The notes under the pieces: model-generated | Databases searched by the model: none | Seen by the model: only the letters and a program-made list of their open reading frames with translations | What the model was told of the DNA's origin: nothing | NCBI GenBank assembly: GCA_049970895.1 | Contig: JBMFMB010000020.1 | Coordinates: 1 to 18,292, forward strand | Origin: Candidatus Bathyarchaeia archaeon | GTDB lineage: Archaea; Thermoproteota; Bathyarchaeia; Bathyarchaeales; Bathycorpusculaceae | Direction: 5' to 3' | Length of the DNA: 18,292 bases | Shown here: positions 1 to 8,935 of the stretch, in pieces | Position numbering within the stretch: position 1 is the first letter of the stretch | Layout: every line of letters begins with the position of its first letter | Program-made: the position numbers and the translations under genes

Positions 1-67
1 CTATGACCATAACAACCAAGATGGTTGCTGAAAATCCTTTTACACCAGACTTTTGAGCATAATCCAC
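1..67 (-). CDS. 5' end of a probable secreted/surface protein with class III (pilin/archaellin-like) signal peptide; runs off the window edge
   Basis: Manual translation from GTG at 67 gives MDYAQKSGVKG/FSATILVVMVI...; GGGGGGTGA SD-like motif just upstream (73-81); K-G followed by a hydrophobic stretch. Only 22 codons are visible. Confidence 0.45.
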   Translation of the reverse strand, partial: MDYAQKSGVKGFSATILVVMVI

Positions 68-549
68 CGTTATCACCCCCCTCTTTACAGTTTTTTACCA
101 CAGTTCAGTCTTATTACAAACATAGAAGGAACTAAAGCATATAAGTCTACTGAAATACTTGTACCTTTCTTTAAACTGTTAGAGTCCAAAATGCTTTTGC
201 AATGTTCTTAATTCCTAAAGAGGAAGAGCCGCTCATAAGTTGGGAGAACCTCTTGAAAATGCCACTAACATTTTGTGTTTAAGATGCCTCCCTAAAACCG
301 TAGAATGCAAACGGTTGCTATGCTCAACTCAATGTTGCACGTCTACTGGTTACTATGTAGAATTCCAAGTTTCAATTCCTTTAACACTTAGGGCATAGTC
401 TTTGTTTAGGATCCGAAGTTAGAACCAATGATTACAAAACTGACAGCATTTAGCTATCTTCCTAGCCATAAGACCATCTCCTAGTAACAGTATGGACAAA
501 CCAAGAACTTAAACCAATCTTAAGGGGAAAAGAATGGGAGTTGGATGTT

Positions 550-1289
550 TCATTTACGTTTCCTAAAAAGCATTACGCCATCAAATGTTGTTACGTATTC
601 AAATCCTTGTTCGATAAGTTTGGTAGCTTCTTCTACTGTCTTAGTAATATCCGTTAATTTTATCTGTTTAATCATTAGGTTCAAGAATCTTCAAGCTTCG
701 TAGTTCTCTATAGCATTTACATATCCATTCATAGCTTGGGAATGGATGTTCATTTTTATTCTTTTCTAAGTACACTTTTAACATTGAAATTGTAGTACTA
801 CTAAGCTTGAAGATTCTTGAACAGTGTCCTTTTAATCTTGAACTTTAATGAGCCCTCTCTCCAAGTCTATGTCTTCACGTTTAAGGTTACTAATTTCTTT
901 AGGCATTATACCAGTTTCATTAAGGATCTTCAAATTGTAGCGTATCTAGGAGATGTTGAAGCTATGATTCGTTCTAATGCCTCAGATGTAGGTATTTTTG
1001 GAAGTTTTCTCTCAAAACGGTAGTTTGACTTTATTCTTTCAAGGTCGTTTAAAATGGCGTAGTAGTTGTAGGCTTTTTCAGGTTCACTTTGAAGCTATTT
1101 GCACGTTGTTTGTCAGCTATGTATTGTTTAACAGATTCTACATCATCTAGATCACAATGGGATGCTAAATGTTTTAGATTGAATAAAATGTTCCTCAACG
1201 TACCTTCAGACAATCCAGATGCCTTAAGCCTTAATAGTGTGTTTAAAATTTTCTGTTTAATAGAATCACTATACCGTAATCCACTGTTT
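550..1289 (-). pseudogene. Tyrosine recombinase/integrase pseudogene (frameshifts, internal stop, catalytic C-terminal block deleted)
   Basis: Manual minus-strand translation across frame changes: ...KILNTLLRLKASGLSEGTLRNI...CDLDDVESVKQYIA / AYNYYAILN...KLPKIPTSEALERIIA / ETGIMPKEISNLKREDIDLERGLIKV* / KGHCSRIFKL / MIKQIKLTDI / KTVEEATKLIEQGFEYVTTFDGVMLFRKRK* (TGA 550-552). The RH...LGH...Y segment is absent. Confidence 0.85.
679..822. repeat. 26-bp inverted repeat (679-704 / 797-822, 25/26 match) inside the integrase pseudogene
   Basis: gttcaagaatcttcaagcttcgtagt versus the reverse complement of actactaagcttgaagattcttgaac; 92-bp spacer. Confidence 0.9.
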
Positions 1290-1365
1290 GGGCCCGTAGT
1301 CTAGAATGGATTAGGACGCTGGCCTGCGGAGCCGGAGATCCTGGGTTCAAATCCCAGCGGGCCCG
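1290..1365 (+). tRNA. tRNA-Arg (anticodon GCG), intronless, CCA not encoded
   Basis: Acceptor stem GGGCCCG/CGGGCCC; anticodon arm CTGGC-CT GCG GA-GCCGG; variable loop AGATC; T arm CTGGG-TTCAAAT-CCCAG. Confidence 0.97.
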
Positions 1366-1444
1366 CTTTCGCCATTTTTGCTAGCTTTGGCATGCGCGTG
1401 CATCTTCACGCAATGGTGTTCGTTTAAGATTTGGTGAAGTCGTT

Positions 1445-2041
1445 TCAGCTGTTTTCACTTTTTTGTAGGTATCCGCCGAATCCTATTGCCCATAATAGGA
1501 TTGGGTAAGCTATCATGCGTTCCATTCCGCCGAGACCTATTATGAGATTGATGGCTGAGTTGAAATAGTGTAGGTATATTTCCCCAACCATGAAAATTGT
1601 TAGGGCTGTAAGCGACATGATTCCCATGCTTATGGCGAAGTAGCTCATTGGCGGCTTTTGAATTTTATAGGAGGTTATAGCGGATAATGCTCCAAAGAGA
1701 AAGGCGATTAGGGAAAAGACCGTGTGCACCATGCCTGGAAAATTTTCAGGGAATATTCCAACTCCCATGGCGCCGATTCCGCATAGCGTTAAGAAGACTG
1801 AAAGAATTTTACTTTGAACCATCCGCTTTAGGAGGTAGGCGCTGGCTGCAACTGTTGCGCCGAGCAGGAAGACTGAAATGTTGAAGATTGGGGCTGTTGC
1901 CCCGATGCCAAGGTCGCTTATGTAGTTTTCAGAGATGCTGTATTTTGGATATAGGCATTCAGCCATTATCATGCAGAGGATAAATTGGACTGCGCCGACA
2001 AATATTAATGTTCCAGCAATTTTTCCATCAGTTTGTTTCAT
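1445..2041 (-). CDS. DUF998-family multi-pass membrane protein
   Basis: Likely start MKQTDGK at 2041, with TATA-like TTTATAAG about 25 nt upstream. YSISENYISDLG, GVGIFPE...HTVFS and GGMERM motifs plus about 5-6 hydrophobic segments match DUF998. Confidence 0.8.
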   Translation of the reverse strand: MKQTDGKIAGTLIFVGAVQFILCMIMAECLYPKYSISENYISDLGIGATAPIFNISVFLLGATVAASAYLLKRMVQSKILSVFLTLCGIGAMGVGIFPENFPGMVHTVFSLIAFLFGALSAITSYKIQKPPMSYFAISMGIMSLTALTIFMVGEIYLHYFNSAINLIIGLGGMERMIAYPILLWAIGFGGYLQKSENS

Positions 2042-2089
2042 ACATAAAAATACGTGGTTAACCTTATAAATTTGAGTTAAACTTTGTGA

Positions 2090-2776
2090 AGAGCTAAAGT
2101 TGATGTTTATGCTTTTTCTGGCTGTGAGCCATACGCCAAGTCCATAGAATGGCGGGAAATCATGATGAGGAAAATTCCAATGTAAGACAATGTAAGAATA
2201 TGGTTTGTAGGTTGCGTAATACCCAGTTATCTCAACACTGAGTTGTGTTGCGACTTCATGTTGATTGTAAATGCTAAGCATTGCAATCGCCATCAAAATA
2301 AAAAGCTGACCTGTTGAAATTAGAGGTCTGGCGATTGCGTAGTACCGGTTATTCCACCTTAAGGGAAGTGTCAACGTAAGGCTATTGCGGACGCTTAGAC
2401 ATATTGCCCAGCTTTTCAGGGATGCGTCAAAAGGCTGCGTGGAATCGCTTTGTTTCTGGAAAACCAGTTTTCCTTTCTGGTCATAGATGAACGCGTTATA
2501 GAATCTTGGAAGAGTTATGCCTTCGATGTTTTTCTATCTATATGCATACATATTGGTCCTTTTGGACTTGAAATTATAGCTTACTGTGAAGTTTGTTTGA
2601 AAGCATGGTTCGTAAAGAATTCTCTGCCATGCATTGTTTGGGATGTCGGGACCATAAACAGATACTGGTGAAAAGTAAACGCACCATAACCCGCTTAACA
2701 GCATCAGTGCGGCGACCGCCAAGCCAAGCATGCTAATGGTTTTACCGTTTATTATCCTTATCGTTTTCTCTTCCAT
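2090..2776 (-). pseudogene. Decayed membrane-anchored protein gene (N-terminal TM, external domain, C-terminal TM)
   Basis: The ORF MEEKTIR... has an in-frame TAG at 2534-2536 and the frame stays open afterwards. A 10-bp tandem duplication (caatgtaaga x2, 2178-2197) disrupts a TM segment that reads PYSYIGIFLIMIS when one copy is removed. The 3' boundary is approximate. Confidence 0.5.
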
Positions 2777-2846
2777 ACTCGTCCGTTTTAATTCGAGAAA
2801 TCCCCCCACATAAAAAGGGGTTTTGCATCGTAATGGACATTATGTT

Positions 2847-3686
2847 TTAACTGAAGCCTTTAAGCAGTTCGTCTATGGCTTTCCCAACATTTTCGCCTCT
2901 ATATCCGCCTTCCAAAACGAAAAAGGTTGGTTTTCCAAAAGAAGCCAGCATTTTCCCTATTTCTCCATAGGTTTTCTCTGTCAACCCTAAAGATGCTAGG
3001 TCTCCAGCATAGGCGTCAAAGCCTGCTGAAACGGCTATCACATCAATCTTTTGCATTTCAACTTTTTTCAAGGCTTCTTGGAGGGTTTTTAGGTAAACTT
3101 CTTCGCCGCAGTCTGCTGGTAGTGGATAGTTTAGGCAGTTGTCCTCCGAATAGTAGCCCGTCCCCGGGTAATGAGGATGTCTATGAAGTGAAACATAAAC
3201 CACCTTTGGGTCTCCTAGGAAAATTTCTTGCGTTCCATTTCCATGGTGTCCATCAATGTCCAAGATGAGTGTTGGCTTGTCTAGATGTTTGACCGCAACT
3301 GCGATGTTGTTTATGTAGCAGAAGCCCTTAGTATAAGCGCCTAGGGCAATGCCATACCTGCCAGCGTGGTGTCCTGGGGGTCTCATGAGGGAGAAGCCTT
3401 GGATTTCTGCGGCTAGGATTGCGGCACCCGCTGAAAGTCTTGCGTATTCGTATATGTTTTCGTAGGCTGGGGTGTCTGGGTCTTCTATGGCTCCTCTTTT
3501 AAGCAGTTCTATGTATTCTGGGTCGTGAACCTTGAGTAGGTCTTCTTCTCGGGCTGGTTCTGGTTTTACAAACTCGTAGCCCCGTTCTTTTAGGATTTCG
3601 TAGGCTCTTCTAACCCTTTGAGGGCTTTCAATGTGCCATGAGCCATACTCTAGGCACTTTTCAGAAAAAACTATTTTCTTTTTCAC
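2847..3686 (-). CDS. Histone deacetylase / acetoin utilization AcuC-family Zn-dependent deacetylase
   Basis: HIESPQR, RPPGHHA, GFCYINN, DIDGHHGNGTQ, SAGFD and LEGGY motifs. Confidence 0.95.
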   Translation of the reverse strand: MKKKIVFSEKCLEYGSWHIESPQRVRRAYEILKERGYEFVKPEPAREEDLLKVHDPEYIELLKRGAIEDPDTPAYENIYEYARLSAGAAILAAEIQGFSLMRPPGHHAGRYGIALGAYTKGFCYINNIAVAVKHLDKPTLILDIDGHHGNGTQEIFLGDPKVVYVSLHRHPHYPGTGYYSEDNCLNYPLPADCGEEVYLKTLQEALKKVEMQKIDVIAVSAGFDAYAGDLASLGLTEKTYGEIGKMLASFGKPTFFVLEGGYRGENVGKAIDELLKGFS

Positions 3687-3786
3687 TTTTGCACCAGCCC
3701 CCGGGTTTACGCTTTTAGCTTAAATTTGCCAGTTACATATATTAGTGTTCACATTAACTGTTGAAGTGTTTGAAAGGCTGAACTTC

Positions 3787-5730
3787 ATGGTTTCGGAAAA
3801 TCCCTTTGCAGAGTTTAGAAGGAAATGCGAATCAGCATTAAGTGAGGCTATTGAAAGGCTTTCGCTTGAAGTGCCCAAACGGTTGGTTTTTGAGAAGCCT
3901 CCTGTTTGGGAGTTCGGTCAGCTGGCTTCCTCTATATGTTTTGAGCTGGCTAAGCAAGTTGGCGAAAAGCCGCTAGTTCTTGCTGAACGCATCATAAGCG
4001 CCATAGACAAGTCAAAGTTGTCTTTGGTTGGTGATGTCACTGCGGCTGCTGGCTACATAAATTTCCATGCGAATTTTGCAAAGTTCTCTGAGCTTACCAT
4101 AGAGTCTGTTAGGCGTTTTGATGAAGCCTACGGTTTTGTTAAGACTGAGAAGCCACTAAAAATTATTGTTGAGCATACGAGTGTTAATCCGCTTCATCCA
4201 ATTCATATTGGACAAGCTAGAAATCCTATGCTTGGAGACGCCATTGCCCGTTTGCTTTCTGCCAGGGGGCATGCGGTTTCGCGGCACTATTATGTGGATG
4301 ATGTTGGTAGGCAGACGGCGGTAATTGCCTACGGCTATGAGAAGCTTGGAAGACCTAAACCGACGGAAAAGCCAGACCACTTTATTGGTAAAATTTACAC
4401 TATAACAAGCTGCCTGGTTGAAATTAACCGTTTGAAAAGGGAGCTTGAGCGGGCGAAGGCTGTTTCAGCTGATGATGAAATAATGAAGATTAATAGGGAA
4501 CTGGACGACTGGATGTCCATTGCATTCGAGTTGAAGAGCAAGCATCCAGTGCTTTTTGAAGAGCTGCTCCAGAGGATAGGCGGAGATGAGGATCCAGAGA
4601 GGATTGTTGGCGAGTTGAATAGGGCCTATGAGGTTGGAGATGAACGGGCAAAACGGCTTATTAGGGAGGTTAGCCAACTCTGCTTAGAGGGTTTTAGGGC
4701 TACTTTGAGCCGTGCTGGTGTTTTCTACGATTCTTGGGATTGGGAGAGCGACCTTGTTTGGAGTGGGCTTGTAGCAGAAGTTCTCCAGAGGCTGAAGCAG
4801 ACGCCCTATGTTTCTGTTTTGGGCGGTGTTTTGGAGTTTGAGGCTGGAAAGGTTGTTGAAGACCTAAACTTGTGGGATAAGCTAGGTTTGAGGAAGGATT
4901 ATGTTGTACCCTCTTTAACGCTTGTTAGGGCTGATGGCACAACCCTTTACACGACTAGGGATATAGCCTACACCCTATGGAAGTTTGAAAGGGCTGAAAA
5001 GTGCATAAACGTCATCGGAATGGAACAGTCTCTAGCACAGATGCAGCTGAAAATAGCCCTATACGCTTTGGGCTATGCCAAACAAGCTGAAAATTTGACG
5101 CATTTCGCCTACAACCTTGTTACTTTGCCAGGCTATAAAATGTCTAGTCGTAGGGGGCGCTACATAACATTGGATGAGGTTATGGATGAAGCCGTAAACA
5201 GAGCGTACGAGGAGGTTGCAAAGCGCTCGCCCCAATTGCCAGAAGAAGAGAAGCGTAAGGTCGCAGAGTTTGTTGGTATAGGTGCTGTTCGCTATGCGCT
5301 TGTGGAGGTTGACCCTTCAAAGCCTGTTGAGTTCAACTGGGAACGGGTTATAAACTTTGAGAGGAACAGCGCCCCCTACATTCAGTATACTCATGCTAGG
5401 GCTTGCAGCATAACGCGAAAGGCTTCAAGAAAACCTGAAAACCCAAACTATGGCCTGTTAAGGGAGAAGCTTGAAAATGAAATCGTCTTTACTTTGGCGG
5501 AGTTTCCAGAAGTTTTTGTTGAGGCGGCGGATCTTCTTAAACCCCACATGATAGCCGATTATGCCAATGCATTGGCTGACAAGTTTAACACTTTTTACAA
5601 TGCTTTTCCAGTGATCAAGGCTGAGCCGCCAGAGTTAAGCGATGCGAGGCTTGCGTTGGTTGATGCCGTGAGGATTGTTTTGAGAAACGCCCTAAACCTT
5701 ATTGGCATACATGCGCCTGAAAGGATGTAG
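3787..5730 (+). CDS. argS: Arginyl-tRNA synthetase
   Basis: VEHTSVNPLHPIHIGQARN (HIGH variant), RADGTTLYTTRD, KMSSRRG, PYIQYTHAR and C-terminal PERM; probable start is ATG 3787 (MVSENPF). Confidence 0.97.
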   Translation: MVSENPFAEFRRKCESALSEAIERLSLEVPKRLVFEKPPVWEFGQLASSICFELAKQVGEKPLVLAERIISAIDKSKLSLVGDVTAAAGYINFHANFAKFSELTIESVRRFDEAYGFVKTEKPLKIIVEHTSVNPLHPIHIGQARNPMLGDAIARLLSARGHAVSRHYYVDDVGRQTAVIAYGYEKLGRPKPTEKPDHFIGKIYTITSCLVEINRLKRELERAKAVSADDEIMKINRELDDWMSIAFELKSKHPVLFEELLQRIGGDEDPERIVGELNRAYEVGDERAKRLIREVSQLCLEGFRATLSRAGVFYDSWDWESDLVWSGLVAEVLQRLKQTPYVSVLGGVLEFEAGKVVEDLNLWDKLGLRKDYVVPSLTLVRADGTTLYTTRDIAYTLWKFERAEKCINVIGMEQSLAQMQLKIALYALGYAKQAENLTHFAYNLVTLPGYKMSSRRGRYITLDEVMDEAVNRAYEEVAKRSPQLPEEEKRKVAEFVGIGAVRYALVEVDPSKPVEFNWERVINFERNSAPYIQYTHARACSITRKASRKPENPNYGLLREKLENEIVFTLAEFPEVFVEAADLLKPHMIADYANALADKFNTFYNAFPVIKAEPPELSDARLALVDAVRIVLRNALNLIGIHAPERM

Positions 5731-5742
5731 CCCTCTACCCTT

Positions 5743-6420
5743 TTATGGTGCTCCTTGAATTATGGCTGCTGCTGTGCTTGTTCCTATGCGGTTGGCTCCA
5801 GCCTCAATCATGGCAATAGCATCAGCATAAGTCCTAATGCCTCCCGCAGCTTTCAAGCCCATTTCCTTTCCAACAACTTGACGCATAAGCCTAACATCTT
5901 CCACCGTGGCACCTCCGCCGAACAAGCCTGTGGAGGTTTTGACGAAGTCTGCTCCGGCTTCTTTGGCGATTTTGCAGGCGGTTATCTTCTCCTCTGTAGT
6001 GAGCAGCGGGGTTTCAATAATCACTTTGACTATTATGTCTTCGAATAGGTGTTTAACATCGACAACAGCCCTTATATCCCGCTTAAAAAGTTCATGGTCC
6101 CCGGATTTTAATGCGCCTAGATTAGCGACCATGTCGAGTTCGCATGCTCCATCTTCTATGGCCTTTATGGCTTCTAAGGCTTTAACCTCTGGTAGGGCAA
6201 CGCCAAAGGGAAAACCAACAGTTGAGCAAACTTTAACATTTGTGTCTTTTAGGAGTGAGGCTGCCAGCTTCACGTAGGTTGGGTTTACGACGACGCATCC
6301 AAACCCGTATTGGATGGCTTCTCTGCATAATTTTTCAACTTCATTTTTTGTTGCCGTAGCCTTAACAAGCGTAGAATCTATTATTTTGGCGAGCTGCTCC
6401 CTTGAGATGGTCAACATCAT
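5743..6420 (-). CDS. deoC: Deoxyribose-phosphate aldolase
   Basis: [35 protein letters not shown] and RIGTS motifs. Confidence 0.97.
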   Translation of the reverse strand: MMLTISREQLAKIIDSTLVKATATKNEVEKLCREAIQYGFGCVVVNPTYVKLAASLLKDTNVKVCSTVGFPFGVALPEVKALEAIKAIEDGACELDMVANLGALKSGDHELFKRDIRAVVDVKHLFEDIIVKVIIETPLLTTEEKITACKIAKEAGADFVKTSTGLFGGGATVEDVRLMRQVVGKEMGLKAAGGIRTYADAIAMIEAGANRIGTSTAAAIIQGAP

Positions 6421-6547
6421 TCACCTTACTAAAAGATTGGGTTGTTTGCATTTATTGGTTTCTAAAGCGGTTTATCGGATGTTTGTGGCTTTTGTTATAA
6501 AGCTTTATATCGAGTATTGCGACACATGACGTTTTGGGTGCAAGCCA

Positions 6548-6886
6548 TTGGGAAGACCATCAAAAAATGAATACGTGAAAAAGTTCGGCAAGTTCAAAGA
6601 GAAAATGAACAAAAACTTGCAAATTTCAAGAAACAGTTTGAGAAAATTGAGAAAGCAAAAGTGGACTGCTGAAGAAGACCAAAGAGATGAGGCATGATGT
6701 GGAACGCGAAAGACTAAAGATGGAAAACGAAATAGCTAAATCAAAAGATTTATCCCCAGAATCAAAGAAAAGACTTCGCCTGGAAATAGACTCCCTTAAA
6801 AGTGAAGTTCTGAAATGTGTTCTGAGCTTGAAATAAGAATTGCCGAAACCATAGCACAGTATAAATTGCCTAACAACCTAGGGTAA
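6548..6886 (+). pseudogene. Frameshifted gene for a small charged coiled-coil protein
   Basis: Joining frames gives MGRPSKNEYVKKFGKFKEKMN / LANFKKQFEKIEKAKVD / LKKTKEMRHDVERERLKMENEIAKSKDLSPESKKRLRLEIDSLKSEV / SELEIRIAETIAQ...*; about 3 single-base shifts; TTTATAT about 40 nt upstream. Confidence 0.55.
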
Positions 6887-6899
6887 ACGGTTGCGTGGG

Positions 6900-7314
6900 A
6901 TGAGAAGGATTCTAGAAAACAGAGGTCTGCATATGCCCTCGGCATAACCCTTTCCTATTGGGAATTGCAACCATCATGGTTGTTTTGTGGAAGGCTTACC
7001 CTGAAATCTGTTCAAGCAGTGATCCATTCTCAACTTTTTTGTCGCTTCTCTGGACAGAGGAGCTAGCCCTCTTCTCATGGCTTTCCTTAAGGCTGATACA
7101 CCTCGTCATATTGGGAGACATTCTACTCATATCCGGGGCCACATTGTGGGTTTCAAGTTGCCAATGGTTTGTTGTTCTAGGAAAAACCATCTGGTTTCAT
7201 GTCCCTGCAAGAAAAAATGGAGATCAATCGGAAATAAAAGCCCTCGTCCACTGCCCTACTGCCGCCAACTTGTCCACCGAGAATCGCCGAGGATTAACCA
7301 GTTTCGCATTTTAG
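6900..7314 (+). pseudogene. Frameshifted 2-TM membrane protein with C-terminal zinc ribbon
   Basis: ATG 6900 MRRILENRGL; hydrophobic helices in ORF 6958-7314; Cys pairs CPCKKKW and HCP/YCRQLVH are split between two frames. Confidence 0.5.
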
Positions 7315-7625
7315 ATTTTCTCCCTCCTTATCTCAAAAAGCACCGTACCACCATCTGTGTAGGGTTTTCCAGGATCCAGACACTGCATATATCCAGTTTC
7401 GCCCTCCCCTTTCGCTAAGCCCAACTCTTTGAAGCTTATTCCACGACTTAGTGGAACAAGCATTGAGAGCATACAGCCAAAGGCATGAATGCATATGTTG
7501 TCAGTTTCATCAACAATTATTTTTGGAGATTCCACAACCATTTTGTCGCCAATTTTGAAGACTGGACATTTTCCCCTTATCTCCTTAACAGTTATGATTA
7601 GGCGATACCTATCCTCATTTTCCAT
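7311..7625 (-). CDS. TIGR04076-like small Cys-containing protein
   Basis: Likely start MENEDRY; the pattern ITVKEIRGKCPVFKIGDK...CIHA...CLDPG...VLFEI is characteristic of the family. Confidence 0.75.
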   Translation of the reverse strand: MENEDRYRLIITVKEIRGKCPVFKIGDKMVVESPKIIVDETDNICIHAFGCMLSMLVPLSRGISFKELGLAKGEGETGYMQCLDPGKPYTDGGTVLFEIRREKI

Positions 7626-7735
7626 GACTAAATCCCAGCAGGAGGCTAATGTTTTATAGTTAAAGCTTTGAGTTGGCAAACACTTAAAAGTCTTGTCGGA
7701 TGGGATTATTGCTACAGAAAAGGGTGCAAGAGGCT

Positions 7736-8935
7736 ATGGGAAGCCGACCAGTAATTGTTGCGGCTGGGAGGACAAAGTTTGGGGAGCACTACGAGAAGCA
7801 GCCTGAACGTCTCATTGAGGAGGCTTGGCTTAAGGCTTCCGAAGAGGCTGGCCTTGAACGTAAAGACTTAGAGGCCTGCTATTTGTCTGATTATTTTCTG
7901 CCAATAACTAACAAGCTTGGGCTTGAGGAGGGCTTCCTCTCAGAATTGACGGAGCTGCACGTGCCTATGGATGTTGCCCGCTCCTTCAGCTCTGCCTTTT
8001 CAAACGCCTGCAACGCCATCCAAGCTGGAAAATATGACATTGTGCTTGTGGGCGGAATAGAAAAGATGACAGACCGATGGGATAAGATCCGCGACGACCT
8101 CATGCTATTGGAGGACCCTTGGAGTTATTATGCTGGTGGCACACCAGAAGCCAACCACGAACTCATGCTAAGGGCTTATATTAAGCGTTACGGCATAAGC
8201 GGAGAAAACCTTGAAAAGCTAAACACAGCCCTAGCACAAATCTCCGTTAAAAACCACCTAAACGCCTTAAAAAACGAGTATGCCCAATTCCAGCGGAAAA
8301 TAACCGTCGAACAAGTGCTGGAGGCACGGAAAAACGCGAGACGACCTTTAGGACTTTATGATTTTGCACCTATTTCCGACGGTGCCAGCGCAGTGATTTT
8401 AGCCAGCGAGGAAGCAGCCAAAAAGTTAACCGACAAGCCAATCTATGTCCTTGGCTCTGCTTTTGCCACCGACTACTTAACTTTTCCAGCGCGTGAAGAC
8501 ATGACTGGTTTCCTTGCAACCCGCCTAGCCATGGAAAAGGCCCTAAAAACCGCTGAGATAAGCCTATGGGACATACAAGTGTTAGAGGTTTATGACCAGT
8601 CCACAGTTATGGAGATGGTCTCCCTTGAGGATTTAGGCTTCTGCCCTCGTGGAACGGCTTGGAAAGCAATTTTTGAAAGCTGTAAAGACTATAAAGGCTA
8701 CTACAAAATTAACGGGAAGAAGCTTTTCGTCAACATGAATGGCGGATTAAAGGCTGACGGAAACCCTTTGGGTGCTACTGGCGGAGCCCAAATCTACGAG
8801 GTTATAAAACAGTTGAGGGGAGAGGCTGGAGAACGCCAAATAAAGGCTGATGAAAGGCTAAGGTTTGGATGTGTGCTTGAGCTGGAGGGTTTTGGCACAA
8901 AAAGTTATGTCCACATCTTTGGAGGAGGTTTCTAA
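7736..8935 (+). CDS. Thiolase-fold (archaeal/SCP2-type) protein lacking canonical catalytic residues
   Basis: GRTKFG, VGGIEKM, SVKNH, LYDFAPISDGASAVIL and NGGLKADGNPLGATG scaffold motifs. No xCASG nucleophile; YDQS replaces HDxF and GNP replaces GHP. Start is 7736 or 7700. Confidence 0.9.
   Translation: MGSRPVIVAAGRTKFGEHYEKQPERLIEEAWLKASEEAGLERKDLEACYLSDYFLPITNKLGLEEGFLSELTELHVPMDVARSFSSAFSNACNAIQAGKYDIVLVGGIEKMTDRWDKIRDDLMLLEDPWSYYAGGTPEANHELMLRAYIKRYGISGENLEKLNTALAQISVKNHLNALKNEYAQFQRKITVEQVLEARKNARRPLGLYDFAPISDGASAVILASEEAAKKLTDKPIYVLGSAFATDYLTFPAREDMTGFLATRLAMEKALKTAEISLWDIQVLEVYDQSTVMEMVSLEDLGFCPRGTAWKAIFESCKDYKGYYKINGKKLFVNMNGGLKADGNPLGATGGAQIYEVIKQLRGEAGERQIKADERLRFGCVLELEGFGTKSYVHIFGGGF

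Noticed and set aside
190-400. Short Cys-rich reading frames on the + strand
   Set aside because: Fragmentary, with no recognisable motif or start signals; at most a degraded remnant
817-1304. ORFs 817-1023 and 1089-1304 (+)
   Set aside because: Antisense shadows of the integrase pseudogene
2042-2374. N-terminal 111-aa extension of the DUF998 ORF
   Set aside because: It contains a TATA box just before ATG 2041 and appears to belong to the decayed upstream gene
2847-3686. HDAC-family gene as evidence of a novel chromatin system
   Set aside because: Common archaeal deacetylase family; no histone or acetyltransferase gene nearby
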